This document shows, in pieces, positions 53,688 to 64,000 of a DNA stretch of 64,000 nucleotides. The notes under the pieces were generated by a model. It did no database searches, was not told the origin of the DNA, and saw only the letters and a list, made by a program, of their open reading frames with translations. The DNA lies in the IMG/VR virus record IMGVR_UViG_3300023179_004149, positions 62,001 through 126,000 of that record, one strand, 5' to 3'. How positions within the stretch are numbered: the stretch's first letter is position 1; each line of letters opens with the position of its first letter. The position numbers were made by a program, and so were the translations under genes.

Positions 53688-56600
53688 TATTGACCCATTT
53701 CATATTTAGTTAACTCAGTTTGGGTGGAACCAGTATCTGGTAGTGGCCCAATTATAGTTTGTTTATTTTCGTTAGTGTTGATAATATTAAACCTATTTTT
53801 GTTATTAATAAATAGTTTATAGTTATCTTTAGCTGTATTTATTATATTTTTAGTATCACGCATTGATAATTTATAATCTTCTTCAGAACCTTTTATCAAA
53901 GTGGGTACTATTAAATCAGTAGATATATCTTTCCAAGTCGCACCTGTAGTAAATACGGTGTTAACTTTTGTCTTAACCACATCGTAATTTGAATTATACT
54001 TATCCGCAATACCACCTAACTTAATAACAGCTGAATCACTATAATTTTTAATGATTGTAAATGTTGAATCCAATATGGTTGATATTTTATCATACCTATC
54101 ATTTAATTGTTTAGCTGATGTTTTAGGATCCGTACTAATACCAATCACTGGTTTATTTTCTGGTTTTTTAATATCTTCCATGATTTTAGCTTTATCAGCA
54201 TTACTGATAAAACTAAAGAAATCTAAAAATAAAACATCCAATAATCCAGTCATATGTATATTTTGTCCTACTAACGCTGTATCTGTTAAATTTGATTTAC
54301 TGAAAAGTTCTTCAGTAATTGGAATATCATACATAAGAAAATTATTTAAAGTACTAACCTCACTATCAATTATCGACCCTGATGGTACTTGATATGTATA
54401 ATACCCAATATATGTTGTTTTATAGTCTAATCTATCAGAGGTGTAAAATAATTTAGTACCATCTGATGTTAAACCAGTTACTTGGTTAATAAAATTATTA
54501 CCCGCAGTGATTAAAATATCCAAATTAAATCCATCATGTATGAAATTATCATTCATCATTAAATCTAAAGTTCTATTTGAAAATTCAAATAATTCATAAC
54601 TTAGTTTTTCGAATGTATAGGTCATACCATAAAAATTATTATAGGTACCCCCGTTATCTGTTAGCGTCTTAACTGTTGTTTGACCAGCTGCGGCTGTATA
54701 ATCTTGGTTTGTGTTTATTGTTACACCAGAAGTACCAGTGGCGCCAGAATATAACGTGAAGTTTGCTGTTGTTCCGTAATTATTAATTACCGTATAATCA
54801 TTTAAACCAACTGATTGCACTAGTGTGTTGTTATAAGTATAACCAGTTTTAGCTATTTGTTGTATTGATGGGTTATTCGTAATTTGTTTAAATAAATAAT
54901 TACCGTTACACATTTTTAAAAAGTTAGCTTTATCGATATTACTGATTCCACTTTGTACCGCCGTATCTGTAAAAGTAGCACAAACAGCGAAATCTATAAT
55001 AGATATAATACCGTTATAAATTGTCTTATATTCATTATATGGTTCATAACCAAAAATAGATTTTCCATTTTTTGACAATTTTTTACCATTAGGTATTACT
55101 TCATAATAAACTGATTGATTCTTTTCATTTAATCTAACATCATATCCCTCAGCTACAACAGATAAACCTGTCAATAACGTAGCAAATTTACCTGTGTTTT
55201 CAGTTACGTCATTTAATGTTGTATTAAGGGTTTCAACCAAATCATTATAATAATTATCCAATATAGCTATGAGGTAATCCGTAAATATTTTTCTATGTGG
55301 TGTTTCAAAATAAGTTAAATAATTTTTATATACATTTAAAGTTTCTGGTGATTTAAACCAAAAATGAGATAATTCCAATTTTAATTTAGCCTTCATCTCC
55401 TCTTTTAATAGATAAAATAATGAGTTAATGTTTTGGCTATAAAAACTGTAATCTTTAATATACAACCCAGCCGCTTCACTATTTTTACCGTTACCACCAG
55501 TTAAGTAACCTGGGTTAAATCTAGAATCATCATTGTAAAAACCATTAACAATATGGTTACCGTTACCTATCTTATACATATATTCTTGTGGATATAAGTG
55601 TATTCTAATTGGGTTCGGGTTAAAATCATATCCACTTATACGTGACATTAAACCATCAATATTACCATATTCTACATAATTTCTATTTTTAGCTTCAATA
55701 TCAAAAAAATTATATAAATAGAATTTACTATCGTTCGCACCAGGGGTTAATACATTAGCTGAATCATATATATTATTAGATTGTGTTGGTAAATTATTAA
55801 AATCTGTAATACTTTTTGTTGTATCACCAATGATATATTTATTATAGTTTTTATTTAACAACAATAATCTTAAAACCGATGTTTTATCTAATAATTTATT
55901 ATACTTGAAGTTATCAACAATCAATTTAGAATAAGTCGTATAGAGATCTTTAAATAAACCGTAATATTGAATCTCATAGGTTTCAAAATATCTTTTATTT
56001 AAATATGTGTCAGATGTAGGATCATCTTTAGTTATTGTTTCTTCGGTATTACCCAAATACTCAAATAAGAAACCTTGTTCACCATAGTTTCTCCATTCTA
56101 TCTGTATCCAATAAGTTGTATCAGTTGGTGTTTTATTGCTTAATGTATTACCATATATCGCATACGTTGCATTATTATCAGCCTTTCTCTGGTAAAAATT
56201 ATTATCATAGTAAACCACATCATATACTTGATACACGGTACCACTATTATATGTTGTTGAATTATTAATAAAATCAGTGTATATACCACCTGGTGGTGTT
56301 GGTTGATTAACTAATGTTACAACACCGATGGTACCACCTGGTAATGTTTCATTAAATTTATCCTGAACATATTTTTCACCTGTAGCAATTATTGGAATGA
56401 GGTCTAGTTGATTACCATCAAAGAAACTCCTTTCCATGTTGATGAGATTTCTTTCTGACTCATTTGTATTTGCATACGTTCTACCATCGTATATATCCGC
56501 ATTAGCATAATAATTGAATGTTAAAGCATTCTGTAATTCCTCAACGTATGTTCTTAATCCAGAACCACCTATGTATTTTATTGACATACTTACGTTAGCA

Positions 56601-59600
56601 ATCATTGGTTGAACACCAATACCTTCTGGGTTTAAATCCCAAACCAAAGGATCATAACTAATATTCAAATTAGTTATAAGCATTTTGGTATTATACATAT
56701 CACCCAATCTTAATACACATATAGGTGGTTTACCGAATGCAGTATTTGATGCGTCACAAGTATCTGTTTGGCTACGTTTAATGGTATTACCTGGTCTCAT
56801 ACACTGTTGTAGGAAAGTCAATCTACTATTTAAACCTTCTGGTGTCATCGAGTGCATACCTGGAATGAAGTATTTTAACTTCTCTTTCATACTTTTATAA
56901 ACAGTGGGTGCATCTTCTTTTAATACTTCAAAATAATCACATTCTGTAATTAGTTTATCTAATATTCTTTGAGCTATATCTCTTTTAGTGATATTAGTAT
57001 TATCTAACGTCTTCAATGAGGCTACCGTAATAGTTTCTGGTTTTTTAACTGCTTCTGGTTTATTTGGTATTACTGGTTTTATTTGTGGTGTAACAGTAAT
57101 ATCAACTCTTCTCGCATATGAACTTTCTATCGATAAAGCACCACATACTGTATCAGCATATGTATAAGCTGTTTTACCCGCTGGGTTAAACGTACCAATT
57201 TGTGTTTTATCAACAGTTTCAGTAACACCTATTTTAGTTGGATCTGTAATATAAGTATTTTTTATATCACTTGTTTCAAAACAATAACAATCTTTTTTTG
57301 TTAGTTTATCTTCTGATGGTGCATTACGAACCATGAAGTAAACGTCACCAGAAGTTGTCTTCAGGTTAGTCGCTGTTGGGTTAATTTTACTTATCGCTTC
57401 AGTAAATGATATTACTGTTGATGCATTAATATTAAATGTGATTTTATCTCTGGTGTTATTAGGTTGTGCTGGGTTAGCGGGTGCTTCTCTCCATACCACT
57501 AAAGAAGTTGTTACATCCTCTAAAATAGAGTCAATATTACTTTTGGTTATTTCATCACCCGCTTGATCCTTATTAAATATCTTATTGGTTGCCGATCCCA
57601 TTATATTATCGGTTAATAACCATTTAATAACCGATTTAGCTCTTCTAATACCTAAATTTTTATTATATTCAGATGGTAATTTAGAACCTAGAGCACTAGA
57701 ATATGCTGTTAAGTTAATAGATAAATCAAAATTATTATATTTTGAATCTTTTAACTCATTAATTACATCTGTTTGTTGTTTATTAAAACCATAATATGGT
57801 TCGGTATGATCTGTGGCCATAAAATAGTTATCCCCACTATCAATACCTAACGTATAAAAATATCTTAACCACTCTGAATTAACAGCATATTTATCATTGG
57901 TTTTTTTAACCGCCTGTGCGTTGGTTGAGATGTCAGATAAATTTAATTTCTTATATTGATCAAAATACACACCGAATGATTCAATAGTACCACCGTAAAC
58001 ACCTGTTTTAGTGCTATATACTGTTGGGTCTAACGGAACATCATTTTCGAAAAATAACCCCTTTGTGAAACTTGGTGGTGGTGTTAAATCATTTGTATTA
58101 TTGAAAGTGGGTTCATCCACAGATTTATTCACTAAAGCGTTAGTAAATTGTGGTGTTAATAAATCATTTGGTTTTGATTTATTAACACCATTTAAGACCG
58201 CTTTGAAATATTCGATATCTGATTGTGAGAATTGATTCCATATTCTTGCAAGTTCAAAAATATCAAACTCCTGGCAACCAGCCCAGAAAGCGTTTAATAT
58301 CTCATCAACTTCACCATCAGTCAATTTAGCCAGTTCTTTTTTAACTAAAAGATTCAAAATACTTGGATGGTCAACAACTATCTTAAATGATATCGTACCA
58401 CTCCTTTCAGTATTATTGTAAGTGTATATTGGTTCTGGTCTACCCAAGAACTGGTGAGTTGTCCAATTTGAAGAGGTGTCATCAGTGAATTTAATATCAT
58501 ATGGCGGGAACCACATAATTCTACCACCATTCGGGCCAATTTCACATTTTTTTAATTCTTTTTGTTGTTGTGAATCTCTCCAAGCCAGGTTTTCTATCGA
58601 GAACATGTATTTCTTAGCTGATCCACCATTTACATTAAGTTCACTTGGAAATATATTTAAATTACCAAATCTATCCAATACTGAATTTCTTTCACGTCTA
58701 ATTAATTCTTTATATCTTATTGCACCCGTTATATTTGAATATGACCTACCTTTAGTCCAAACACGACACAACTCGGCTTGTTCATACATTTTCTTATCAT
58801 CACGCTTACCTGTTTCATCTAAACCAGGAACTATGTATCTGTTACCTATCGTATCACCTTTTGAATTTTTCTTAGGTATTACTTTTGGTTTTATTGTTGC
58901 GTTAGCTCTTGATGTAAAACTATACCCGTCGTAAAACTTAGTAAGTGTTTGGTCAATTGGTGAGTTGTATTGATTATTAATCGATTTATCCAATAATCTT
59001 TGTGTTTTATCTAAAATAGAACATTCGATAAAATTAATATTATTTGATAGACTATCCTTGTTTCTAATACGATTTGATGGTGTTAATGTGCTGCCAGTTT
59101 CACCTTTTAACACAAAAACTTTTTCGGTTGCTGCATTCTTTGACCAAACAAAATTAGTTTCAATAGAACCATATTCGGATACTTGATTATAGCCTGGTTC
59201 TATTTTATTTATCTGTTCTATTGTATTACCATACACACTACTCGTTATTAACGCCTCAGTAACTTTATCATTTGTATTAACAATATCACCATCAGAATCT
59301 TGCATAAGATAAAACGGATCAATCTTATCCTTTTTACTACCAATATAATAATCACCAACAGGCCTTTTGCCAGAACCCAAACCTAAGAATGCCGTTACAC
59401 CTCTTATTATTTGAGCAACCGACTCACCCGCCTGGAATAAACCACTTTTGTAATCATTCGTATAATTTGGTGAATATTTGTTAATCGATATATTTGCAAA
59501 TAAAGCCGCCTTTTGACCGTCACCAGTATGATTTAAAAAATACATGTCACGTTCATTTCTGGCTGTTCTACCACTAAGATCACTAATAAACTTACCAAAA

Positions 59601-61462
59601 GCCGTTTTAGGCATTTTTTGGTTTGTGTTATAAAATTCATTATTAAAACATTGTGGTATATAATCTTTTGTTTTATAGTTAATATATGAGAATGGTAAAT
59701 TAACACCAGCTAAATGTTCAGCAAACTGTACAGCTTTACCAACTGGATTACTCGATACGCTGATAGTGTTATCCTTTTCAAACCAAGATTTTGGGTTTGA
59801 CAATAAATCAAACAAAGTATTTGGGTTTGTTAAGGATTCATCCAATTTAGTTTTTAATACTGTTTCTTGAGCTATGTTCTGTAACAATCTCGCTTCGAGA
59901 TTAAACTTCAACTGTAAAGCAGCAATGTTCATCAATAATGTTTCATCCTTCAATGGTTGTGTAACAGAACCATTTAATAAACTCTCCATACGATCAACGT
60001 TAGTAAGTATAGATACAGGTGAAACCGCAGCACTTATATTCAAGAATTGACTCGGTTCATATGTGTTTGGTTGGTCAAACGAATAAACACCAGATTTATA
60101 GGCTTGAATGTACGGTTGTATATTTTGATTATTTAATATACTATTAACGACTGGTTCATAAGTGTTTATTTCAACTGGTAAATATCTATTTTGTTGTAAT
60201 ATTAAATTTAATGCAACTTCAGGTGGTTGACCGCTTGAAATTATCAAATCTAAACTATTTGGTATATTATAATCATTTATAGTTGTTACCTTACCAATAG
60301 TTGTTATTAAACTATTATATATATAACTATATTCACCAGTATATAACGGATCATTAAATGGTTTATTTTTAACCATCAATTTCTTAAGTTCCTTTGTCGC
60401 CGTATTATCTAGATATGCACCATCATCAACGACTTTATAATCGCTTAATGTTGTTTGAATACCTTTATCATTTGAAAATGATTTATACCCATCTGGTGCT
60501 ATGTTTGGATTATTTCTACTGAAATCAAAATTTCTCGGTTTATCCGATGTGTTATTGATCGTATCTGGGTTATTTACTTTGTAATCGTTAATAACCGAAT
60601 CAGTACCCAAATCACTTCTGTATGAGCGATATCCCTCTGGTGTTATTTTTTTATCATTTCTACCAAGATCTTTTTTTCTTGGGTCTACCGATGCTTTATC
60701 GATATCACCAGGATCTTTTATATTGTAATCGCTAATCGTTATTTCTTGACCCAAGTCATTTCTATACGCACCATAACCAAATGGAGTTATGTTAGGAAGA
60801 TTTTTAGTTAAATCCCTATTTCTCGGATCCTCAGATTCAGATGTTATATTACCAGGGTTCGTAACACTATAATCACTTATAGATGTATCGTTACCCAGAT
60901 CAGCTCTGTATGAATTATAACCATCTGGTGTTATCTCTGATAGGTTTTTAGTTAAATCTTTATTTCTTAGGTCTATTGATTCTGAAGTTATATTACCAGG
61001 GTTTTTTACATTATAATCACTAATAGATACTTCAGTACCTAAATCAGCTCTATATGAATCATAACCGTCTGGTGTTATATCATTAAGGTTTTTGTTTAAA
61101 TCAGATGTTCTTGATAATGTTGATGTTGTATCAATATTACCTGGTTTGGTAACATTGTAATCATTAATAGATACTTCAGTACCTAAATCAGCTCTATATG
61201 AATCATAACCAGTTGGTGCGAAGGTGGCATCATTTCTTCCTAAATCTAATTGTCTTGGGTTGGTTGCGTTGGATGTGACATTACCTGGGTTTTTAACCAT
61301 AGATGAGTGTATCATAGCATCTTTACCTATAGCATCGAGATATGACTGTAAATTAGATGTACCGCTCAGGTCTGTTAAACCCTGAATGATATCATTTGGT
61401 GTTCTTAAATTTAAAGCCAATACATTTTGTCTGTATTGTTCCGAAATCGTTTTTAGACCCAT
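53687..61462 (-). CDS. giant tail-tube initiator-like baseplate protein with N-terminal repeats and OmpA-like insert
   Basis: FPPYDIKFTD...W....FLGRPEPIYTYNNTERSGTISF and PPICVLRLGD...ITNLNISY tube-like halves. YNKNLGIRRAKSV and RRVDI. Follows the tape measure gene. Confidence 0.68.
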   Translation of the reverse strand: MGLKTISEQYRQNVLALNLRTPNDIIQGLTDLSGTSNLQSYLDAIGKDAMIHSSMVKNPGNVTSNATNPRQLDLGRNDATFAPTGYDSYRADLGTEVSINDYNVTKPGNIDTTSTLSRTSDLNKNLNDITPDGYDSYRADLGTEVSISDYNVKNPGNITSESIDLRNKDLTKNLSEITPDGYNSYRADLGNDTSISDYSVTNPGNITSESEDPRNRDLTKNLPNITPFGYGAYRNDLGQEITISDYNIKDPGDIDKASVDPRKKDLGRNDKKITPEGYRSYRSDLGTDSVINDYKVNNPDTINNTSDKPRNFDFSRNNPNIAPDGYKSFSNDKGIQTTLSDYKVVDDGAYLDNTATKELKKLMVKNKPFNDPLYTGEYSYIYNSLITTIGKVTTINDYNIPNSLDLIISSGQPPEVALNLILQQNRYLPVEINTYEPVVNSILNNQNIQPYIQAYKSGVYSFDQPNTYEPSQFLNISAAVSPVSILTNVDRMESLLNGSVTQPLKDETLLMNIAALQLKFNLEARLLQNIAQETVLKTKLDESLTNPNTLFDLLSNPKSWFEKDNTISVSSNPVGKAVQFAEHLAGVNLPFSYINYKTKDYIPQCFNNEFYNTNQKMPKTAFGKFISDLSGRTARNERDMYFLNHTGDGQKAALFANISINKYSPNYTNDYKSGLFQAGESVAQIIRGVTAFLGLGSGKRPVGDYYIGSKKDKIDPFYLMQDSDGDIVNTNDKVTEALITSSVYGNTIEQINKIEPGYNQVSEYGSIETNFVWSKNAATEKVFVLKGETGSTLTPSNRIRNKDSLSNNINFIECSILDKTQRLLDKSINNQYNSPIDQTLTKFYDGYSFTSRANATIKPKVIPKKNSKGDTIGNRYIVPGLDETGKRDDKKMYEQAELCRVWTKGRSYSNITGAIRYKELIRRERNSVLDRFGNLNIFPSELNVNGGSAKKYMFSIENLAWRDSQQQKELKKCEIGPNGGRIMWFPPYDIKFTDDTSSNWTTHQFLGRPEPIYTYNNTERSGTISFKIVVDHPSILNLLVKKELAKLTDGEVDEILNAFWAGCQEFDIFELARIWNQFSQSDIEYFKAVLNGVNKSKPNDLLTPQFTNALVNKSVDEPTFNNTNDLTPPPSFTKGLFFENDVPLDPTVYSTKTGVYGGTIESFGVYFDQYKKLNLSDISTNAQAVKKTNDKYAVNSEWLRYFYTLGIDSGDNYFMATDHTEPYYGFNKQQTDVINELKDSKYNNFDLSINLTAYSSALGSKLPSEYNKNLGIRRAKSVIKWLLTDNIMGSATNKIFNKDQAGDEITKSNIDSILEDVTTSLVVWREAPANPAQPNNTRDKITFNINASTVISFTEAISKINPTATNLKTTSGDVYFMVRNAPSEDKLTKKDCYCFETSDIKNTYITDPTKIGVTETVDKTQIGTFNPAGKTAYTYADTVCGALSIESSYARRVDITVTPQIKPVIPNKPEAVKKPETITVASLKTLDNTNITKRDIAQRILDKLITECDYFEVLKEDAPTVYKSMKEKLKYFIPGMHSMTPEGLNSRLTFLQQCMRPGNTIKRSQTDTCDASNTAFGKPPICVLRLGDMYNTKMLITNLNISYDPLVWDLNPEGIGVQPMIANVSMSIKYIGGSGLRTYVEELQNALTFNYYANADIYDGRTYANTNESERNLINMERSFFDGNQLDLIPIIATGEKYVQDKFNETLPGGTIGVVTLVNQPTPPGGIYTDFINNSTTYNSGTVYQVYDVVYYDNNFYQRKADNNATYAIYGNTLSNKTPTDTTYWIQIEWRNYGEQGFLFEYLGNTEETITKDDPTSDTYLNKRYFETYEIQYYGLFKDLYTTYSKLIVDNFKYNKLLDKTSVLRLLLLNKNYNKYIIGDTTKSITDFNNLPTQSNNIYDSANVLTPGANDSKFYLYNFFDIEAKNRNYVEYGNIDGLMSRISGYDFNPNPIRIHLYPQEYMYKIGNGNHIVNGFYNDDSRFNPGYLTGGNGKNSEAAGLYIKDYSFYSQNINSLFYLLKEEMKAKLKLELSHFWFKSPETLNVYKNYLTYFETPHRKIFTDYLIAILDNYYNDLVETLNTTLNDVTENTGKFATLLTGLSVVAEGYDVRLNEKNQSVYYEVIPNGKKLSKNGKSIFGYEPYNEYKTIYNGIISIIDFAVCATFTDTAVQSGISNIDKANFLKMCNGNYLFKQITNNPSIQQIAKTGYTYNNTLVQSVGLNDYTVINNYGTTANFTLYSGATGTSGVTINTNQDYTAAAGQTTVKTLTDNGGTYNNFYGMTYTFEKLSYELFEFSNRTLDLMMNDNFIHDGFNLDILITAGNNFINQVTGLTSDGTKLFYTSDRLDYKTTYIGYYTYQVPSGSIIDSEVSTLNNFLMYDIPITEELFSKSNLTDTALVGQNIHMTGLLDVLFLDFFSFISNADKAKIMEDIKKPENKPVIGISTDPKTSAKQLNDRYDKISTILDSTFTIIKNYSDSAVIKLGGIADKYNSNYDVVKTKVNTVFTTGATWKDISTDLIVPTLIKGSEEDYKLSMRDTKNIINTAKDNYKLFINNKNRFNIINTNENKQTIIGPLPDTGSTQTELTKYEMGQ
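60420..61330 (-). repeat. coding tandem repeat, 144 nt / 48 aa period, about 6 copies
   Basis: Unit PDGYDSYRADLGTEVSISDYNVKNPGNITSESIDLRNKDLTKNLSEIT. A 46-nt exact duplicate occurs at 61021-61066 and 61165-61210. Confidence 0.9.
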
Positions 61463-61474
61463 AATATTATATTA

Positions 61475-64000
61475 TTAAACTAATGGTTTAATTGGTACGG
61501 TATTGGTATTATGATAATCACCAAAACCATTATTATATGATTGTTGTACTGATTGTATTGACGCACCAACCATATCACGAGCACCATACATTTGATCCCA
61601 TGTTACCACCTTACCGTCCGATGATTCTATTCTTATTGTACCACTATGATTTATTGAAGCGGTTCCACCACCATAATTAGTATTTGATCTCTCATACGCC
61701 GCCTGGTCAATAAAATTACGTATATTACTGTTATCATATCTCCCAGCGTTTGATGTAACGTTTGGTGTTTGATTTGCATTATATAATTCTCTACCAATAT
61801 CAGCAGCATCTAAACCAAGAGCTATAGCGGTACCAACCCCAGGGAATAAATTAGCTATTGCTGAACCCCCTTGTAACGCTGCGCCAGTATAGTCACCTTC
61901 AAGTAAATCACCTATTGCAAATCCCGCACTAATCAATGAACCGAGTACTGGTATATGTGAAAGTGCTTTACTACCCATTTTTGTACCAATCTTACCAAAT
62001 AAACTAACAGCACCCTTTTTACCCGCAAAACTGGCTAATTTACCAGCACCAAATTTGGCAGCACCCGATATACCATGAATACCCCCCTCAAATAGACCAG
62101 TTTTTATTATACTACTTGTCGGGTCTACCATGCTATTAGCTATATTAGTTTGTGCGTCTTTACCATAAATACCGCTTAAGATACCAGTTGTGTCGGAAGC
62201 GATACCCTCAGATTGCATCTTTAGACCCGCATTTTTCATTTTATCACCACCTAACCAGCCAGGTAACGCACCACCAAGTAATTCAATTAGCTTACCTAAA
62301 CCAGTTTTTAAAATCGGCGCAACATATTTTATGACTTCAGAAATTATGGGTGCTGCAACATCATGAAATAAGGTTTTAATGGTTTCCCCTATTTTTTGTC
62401 CTAACCCACCAGGCCCTTCAAATATACTTACTATTTTATTAAATATATTTTCACCCTTTTCTAAAATTGATTTGAATTTAGCACTTAACCCATCATTACC
62501 CATAATATCCTTTTGAATAAATTCAGCTATTTTTATTCCAGCCTTTTCAACCATTTCAAGGAAACTATCAAAATCAGTACCGCCGAATAATTTATTCATA
62601 ACGGATGAAAAACCTAACGTAAATCTATCAGCTATTAATGATAATCGTTCAGCTAAATTATTTCTTTCTATAGCGGCTTTATCGTTCTTTTTTCTAGCAT
62701 CAAGTATAGCATTTAATTGGTTTTTATCTGTCATTTCAGATAATAACATATCAACACCAGCTGAGTTTTTTATAACATATTGACCTTTTTCGTTTAATTT
62801 CATTAACGAAGCTAAGGCTGGTTTATCTTCATCTTTAATACCAAATAAATTAAAACCAGCTTTACTTAACACGGTCATTTTATCCGCTATTTTAGCTTGT
62901 TCAATAGCTGTATTCTTTATATTTTCATAATCTTGTCCAAGCGCCTGAGCCGCTAATTGTAATTGTTTTCTCGCAGCTGGAGAAATTAAAAAATCACCCG
63001 TGGCCGTTTTTGTTACCATACCGTTAACAAGGTCTGCGTATTTTTCGGCTAACGCAGCTGGGTCATTCATTGATTCAAACGCCAATTGCATAGGGTCACC
63101 AAAACTTGAAGCAAACTTACCACCAAGTACTTGCATCTGTGCTGCCGCTTCAGCCGCTTTTTCTGGGTCGAAAAACGCATCTTTAAACGCCTCCGTTGAT
63201 TTAACAATATCAAACCTAATCGCTTGCGCTTTTGCGGCTAACTTAGTTAAATTATCTAAACCTTTACCAAATCCAATACCAGTTAAACTTGTGACTAACT
63301 CATTATATGTTTTTAATACAGCTGTGGTATTGACATTATACCTGGCCGCCATATTTCTGGCTTTATCCGTTAATTTAATCGTCTTATCCAGTGATATACC
63401 AATATTATCAAAACTCGCTGCTAATTGAGCGGCCCCTTCAACACCTAACCCAGTACCTTTACCTAATTCGGTAAGTAATCCTACTTCTTCTTTTGAGAAA
63501 AATCTATTTTTACCTGTCGTTTGACTAAACTCGCTGAATATAGTGGCCACATCTTTCATTGAACCACCGTATTTAGATGCCTCTAACGCAAGACCACTCA
63601 TATTTTGTAATAAACCATGTGATTCTTGGTGTGTTAAACCAATATCCGCAGCTAAATTACCGACTGTACTTTGTATTTGTAAAAACGTATCAAATACCTT
63701 TTTTATTGGAGTGTAGAATAAATTAAAAATTGTTTTTCCGAGATTAAAAATGGTTTTTACTAAACCTGAAACAAATCCAACAATATCTGATACAAGACCA
63801 AATACTTTTTTAAAACCCTCACCCATCGATACAATTGAATCGGATACCATTTCTCCACTTTTACCCATTGAACTAAATAACGGTATTGTTTTCCTTATCT
63901 GTTTTTGGTTTAGTTTAGTTAACACCAAATCAATTTTTTTACGTTTCAATGCCTCATTAATAATATCTAATTCACCACCACTCGCTGTTTTCTTTTGTTT
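61475..64000 (-). CDS. tape measure protein, partial (frame open to the right edge)
   Basis: Ala/Gly/Leu-rich helical sequence, IPVLGSLISAGFAIGDLLEGDYTGAAL segment, upstream of tube-initiator and LysM genes. No stop between 63949 and 64000. Confidence 0.82.
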   Translation of the reverse strand, partial: KQKKTASGGELDIINEALKRKKIDLVLTKLNQKQIRKTIPLFSSMGKSGEMVSDSIVSMGEGFKKVFGLVSDIVGFVSGLVKTIFNLGKTIFNLFYTPIKKVFDTFLQIQSTVGNLAADIGLTHQESHGLLQNMSGLALEASKYGGSMKDVATIFSEFSQTTGKNRFFSKEEVGLLTELGKGTGLGVEGAAQLAASFDNIGISLDKTIKLTDKARNMAARYNVNTTAVLKTYNELVTSLTGIGFGKGLDNLTKLAAKAQAIRFDIVKSTEAFKDAFFDPEKAAEAAAQMQVLGGKFASSFGDPMQLAFESMNDPAALAEKYADLVNGMVTKTATGDFLISPAARKQLQLAAQALGQDYENIKNTAIEQAKIADKMTVLSKAGFNLFGIKDEDKPALASLMKLNEKGQYVIKNSAGVDMLLSEMTDKNQLNAILDARKKNDKAAIERNNLAERLSLIADRFTLGFSSVMNKLFGGTDFDSFLEMVEKAGIKIAEFIQKDIMGNDGLSAKFKSILEKGENIFNKIVSIFEGPGGLGQKIGETIKTLFHDVAAPIISEVIKYVAPILKTGLGKLIELLGGALPGWLGGDKMKNAGLKMQSEGIASDTTGILSGIYGKDAQTNIANSMVDPTSSIIKTGLFEGGIHGISGAAKFGAGKLASFAGKKGAVSLFGKIGTKMGSKALSHIPVLGSLISAGFAIGDLLEGDYTGAALQGGSAIANLFPGVGTAIALGLDAADIGRELYNANQTPNVTSNAGRYDNSNIRNFIDQAAYERSNTNYGGGTASINHSGTIRIESSDGKVVTWDQMYGARDMVGASIQSVQQSYNNGFGDYHNTNTVPIKPLV

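Noticed and set aside
60420-61330. CRISPR array or DGR template/variable repeat
   Set aside because: The period is 144 nt, in frame and conserved at protein level, with no repeat-spacer structure and no reverse transcriptase or cas operon in the window.
536-63428. Plus-strand and nested short ORFs in the track (e.g. 536-898, 36585-37016, 58476-58934, 63000-63428, 9209-9445)
   Set aside because: They are antisense or off-frame shadows of long motif-bearing genes, with no recognisable motifs.
1-64000. Genome-wide stop-codon reassignment (code 15 or 4)
   Set aside because: ORFs up to 2591 aa are uninterrupted in the standard code and coding density is already near complete.
1-64000. tRNA or other structured RNA genes
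   Set aside because: Intergenic gaps are short (about 110 nt at most) and AT-rich, and no cloverleaf or T-loop motif was seen. A covariance-model scan would be needed to exclude them fully.

Overview
The window is a 64 kb, AT-rich segment of a large (jumbo-type) myovirus-like phage genome. About 38 tightly packed genes all lie on the minus strand. In transcription order (right to left) they are: tape measure (partial), giant baseplate/hub proteins, an SSB-RecA-5'3' exonuclease-helicase-NrdJ replication block, a gp25/gp6-like baseplate and tail-fibre block, and a RuvC-primase-exonuclease-Mre11/Rad50 recombination block. The standout is a fractured Rad50/SbcC gene. It is broken inside Walker A (GGK|TT) by a naturally split intein with a very short 29-aa N-fragment and a 124-aa C-fragment. 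A free-standing Vsr/EDxHD-like homing endonuclease lies between the halves, and its start codon is locked in a perfect 12-bp hairpin that also contains the phage's recurring TATTTAT promoter-like motif. Two more inteins are present: a Gly1 class 3 (WCT) intein in the exonuclease catalytic DxK motif and a canonical LAGLIDADG intein in NrdJ. Absence of obvious Shine-Dalgarno sites, an SSB DDLPF tail and one TTTG-N20-TAnnTTTG element hint at a Bacteroidota host. All calls come from motif reading by eye; no database searches were run.
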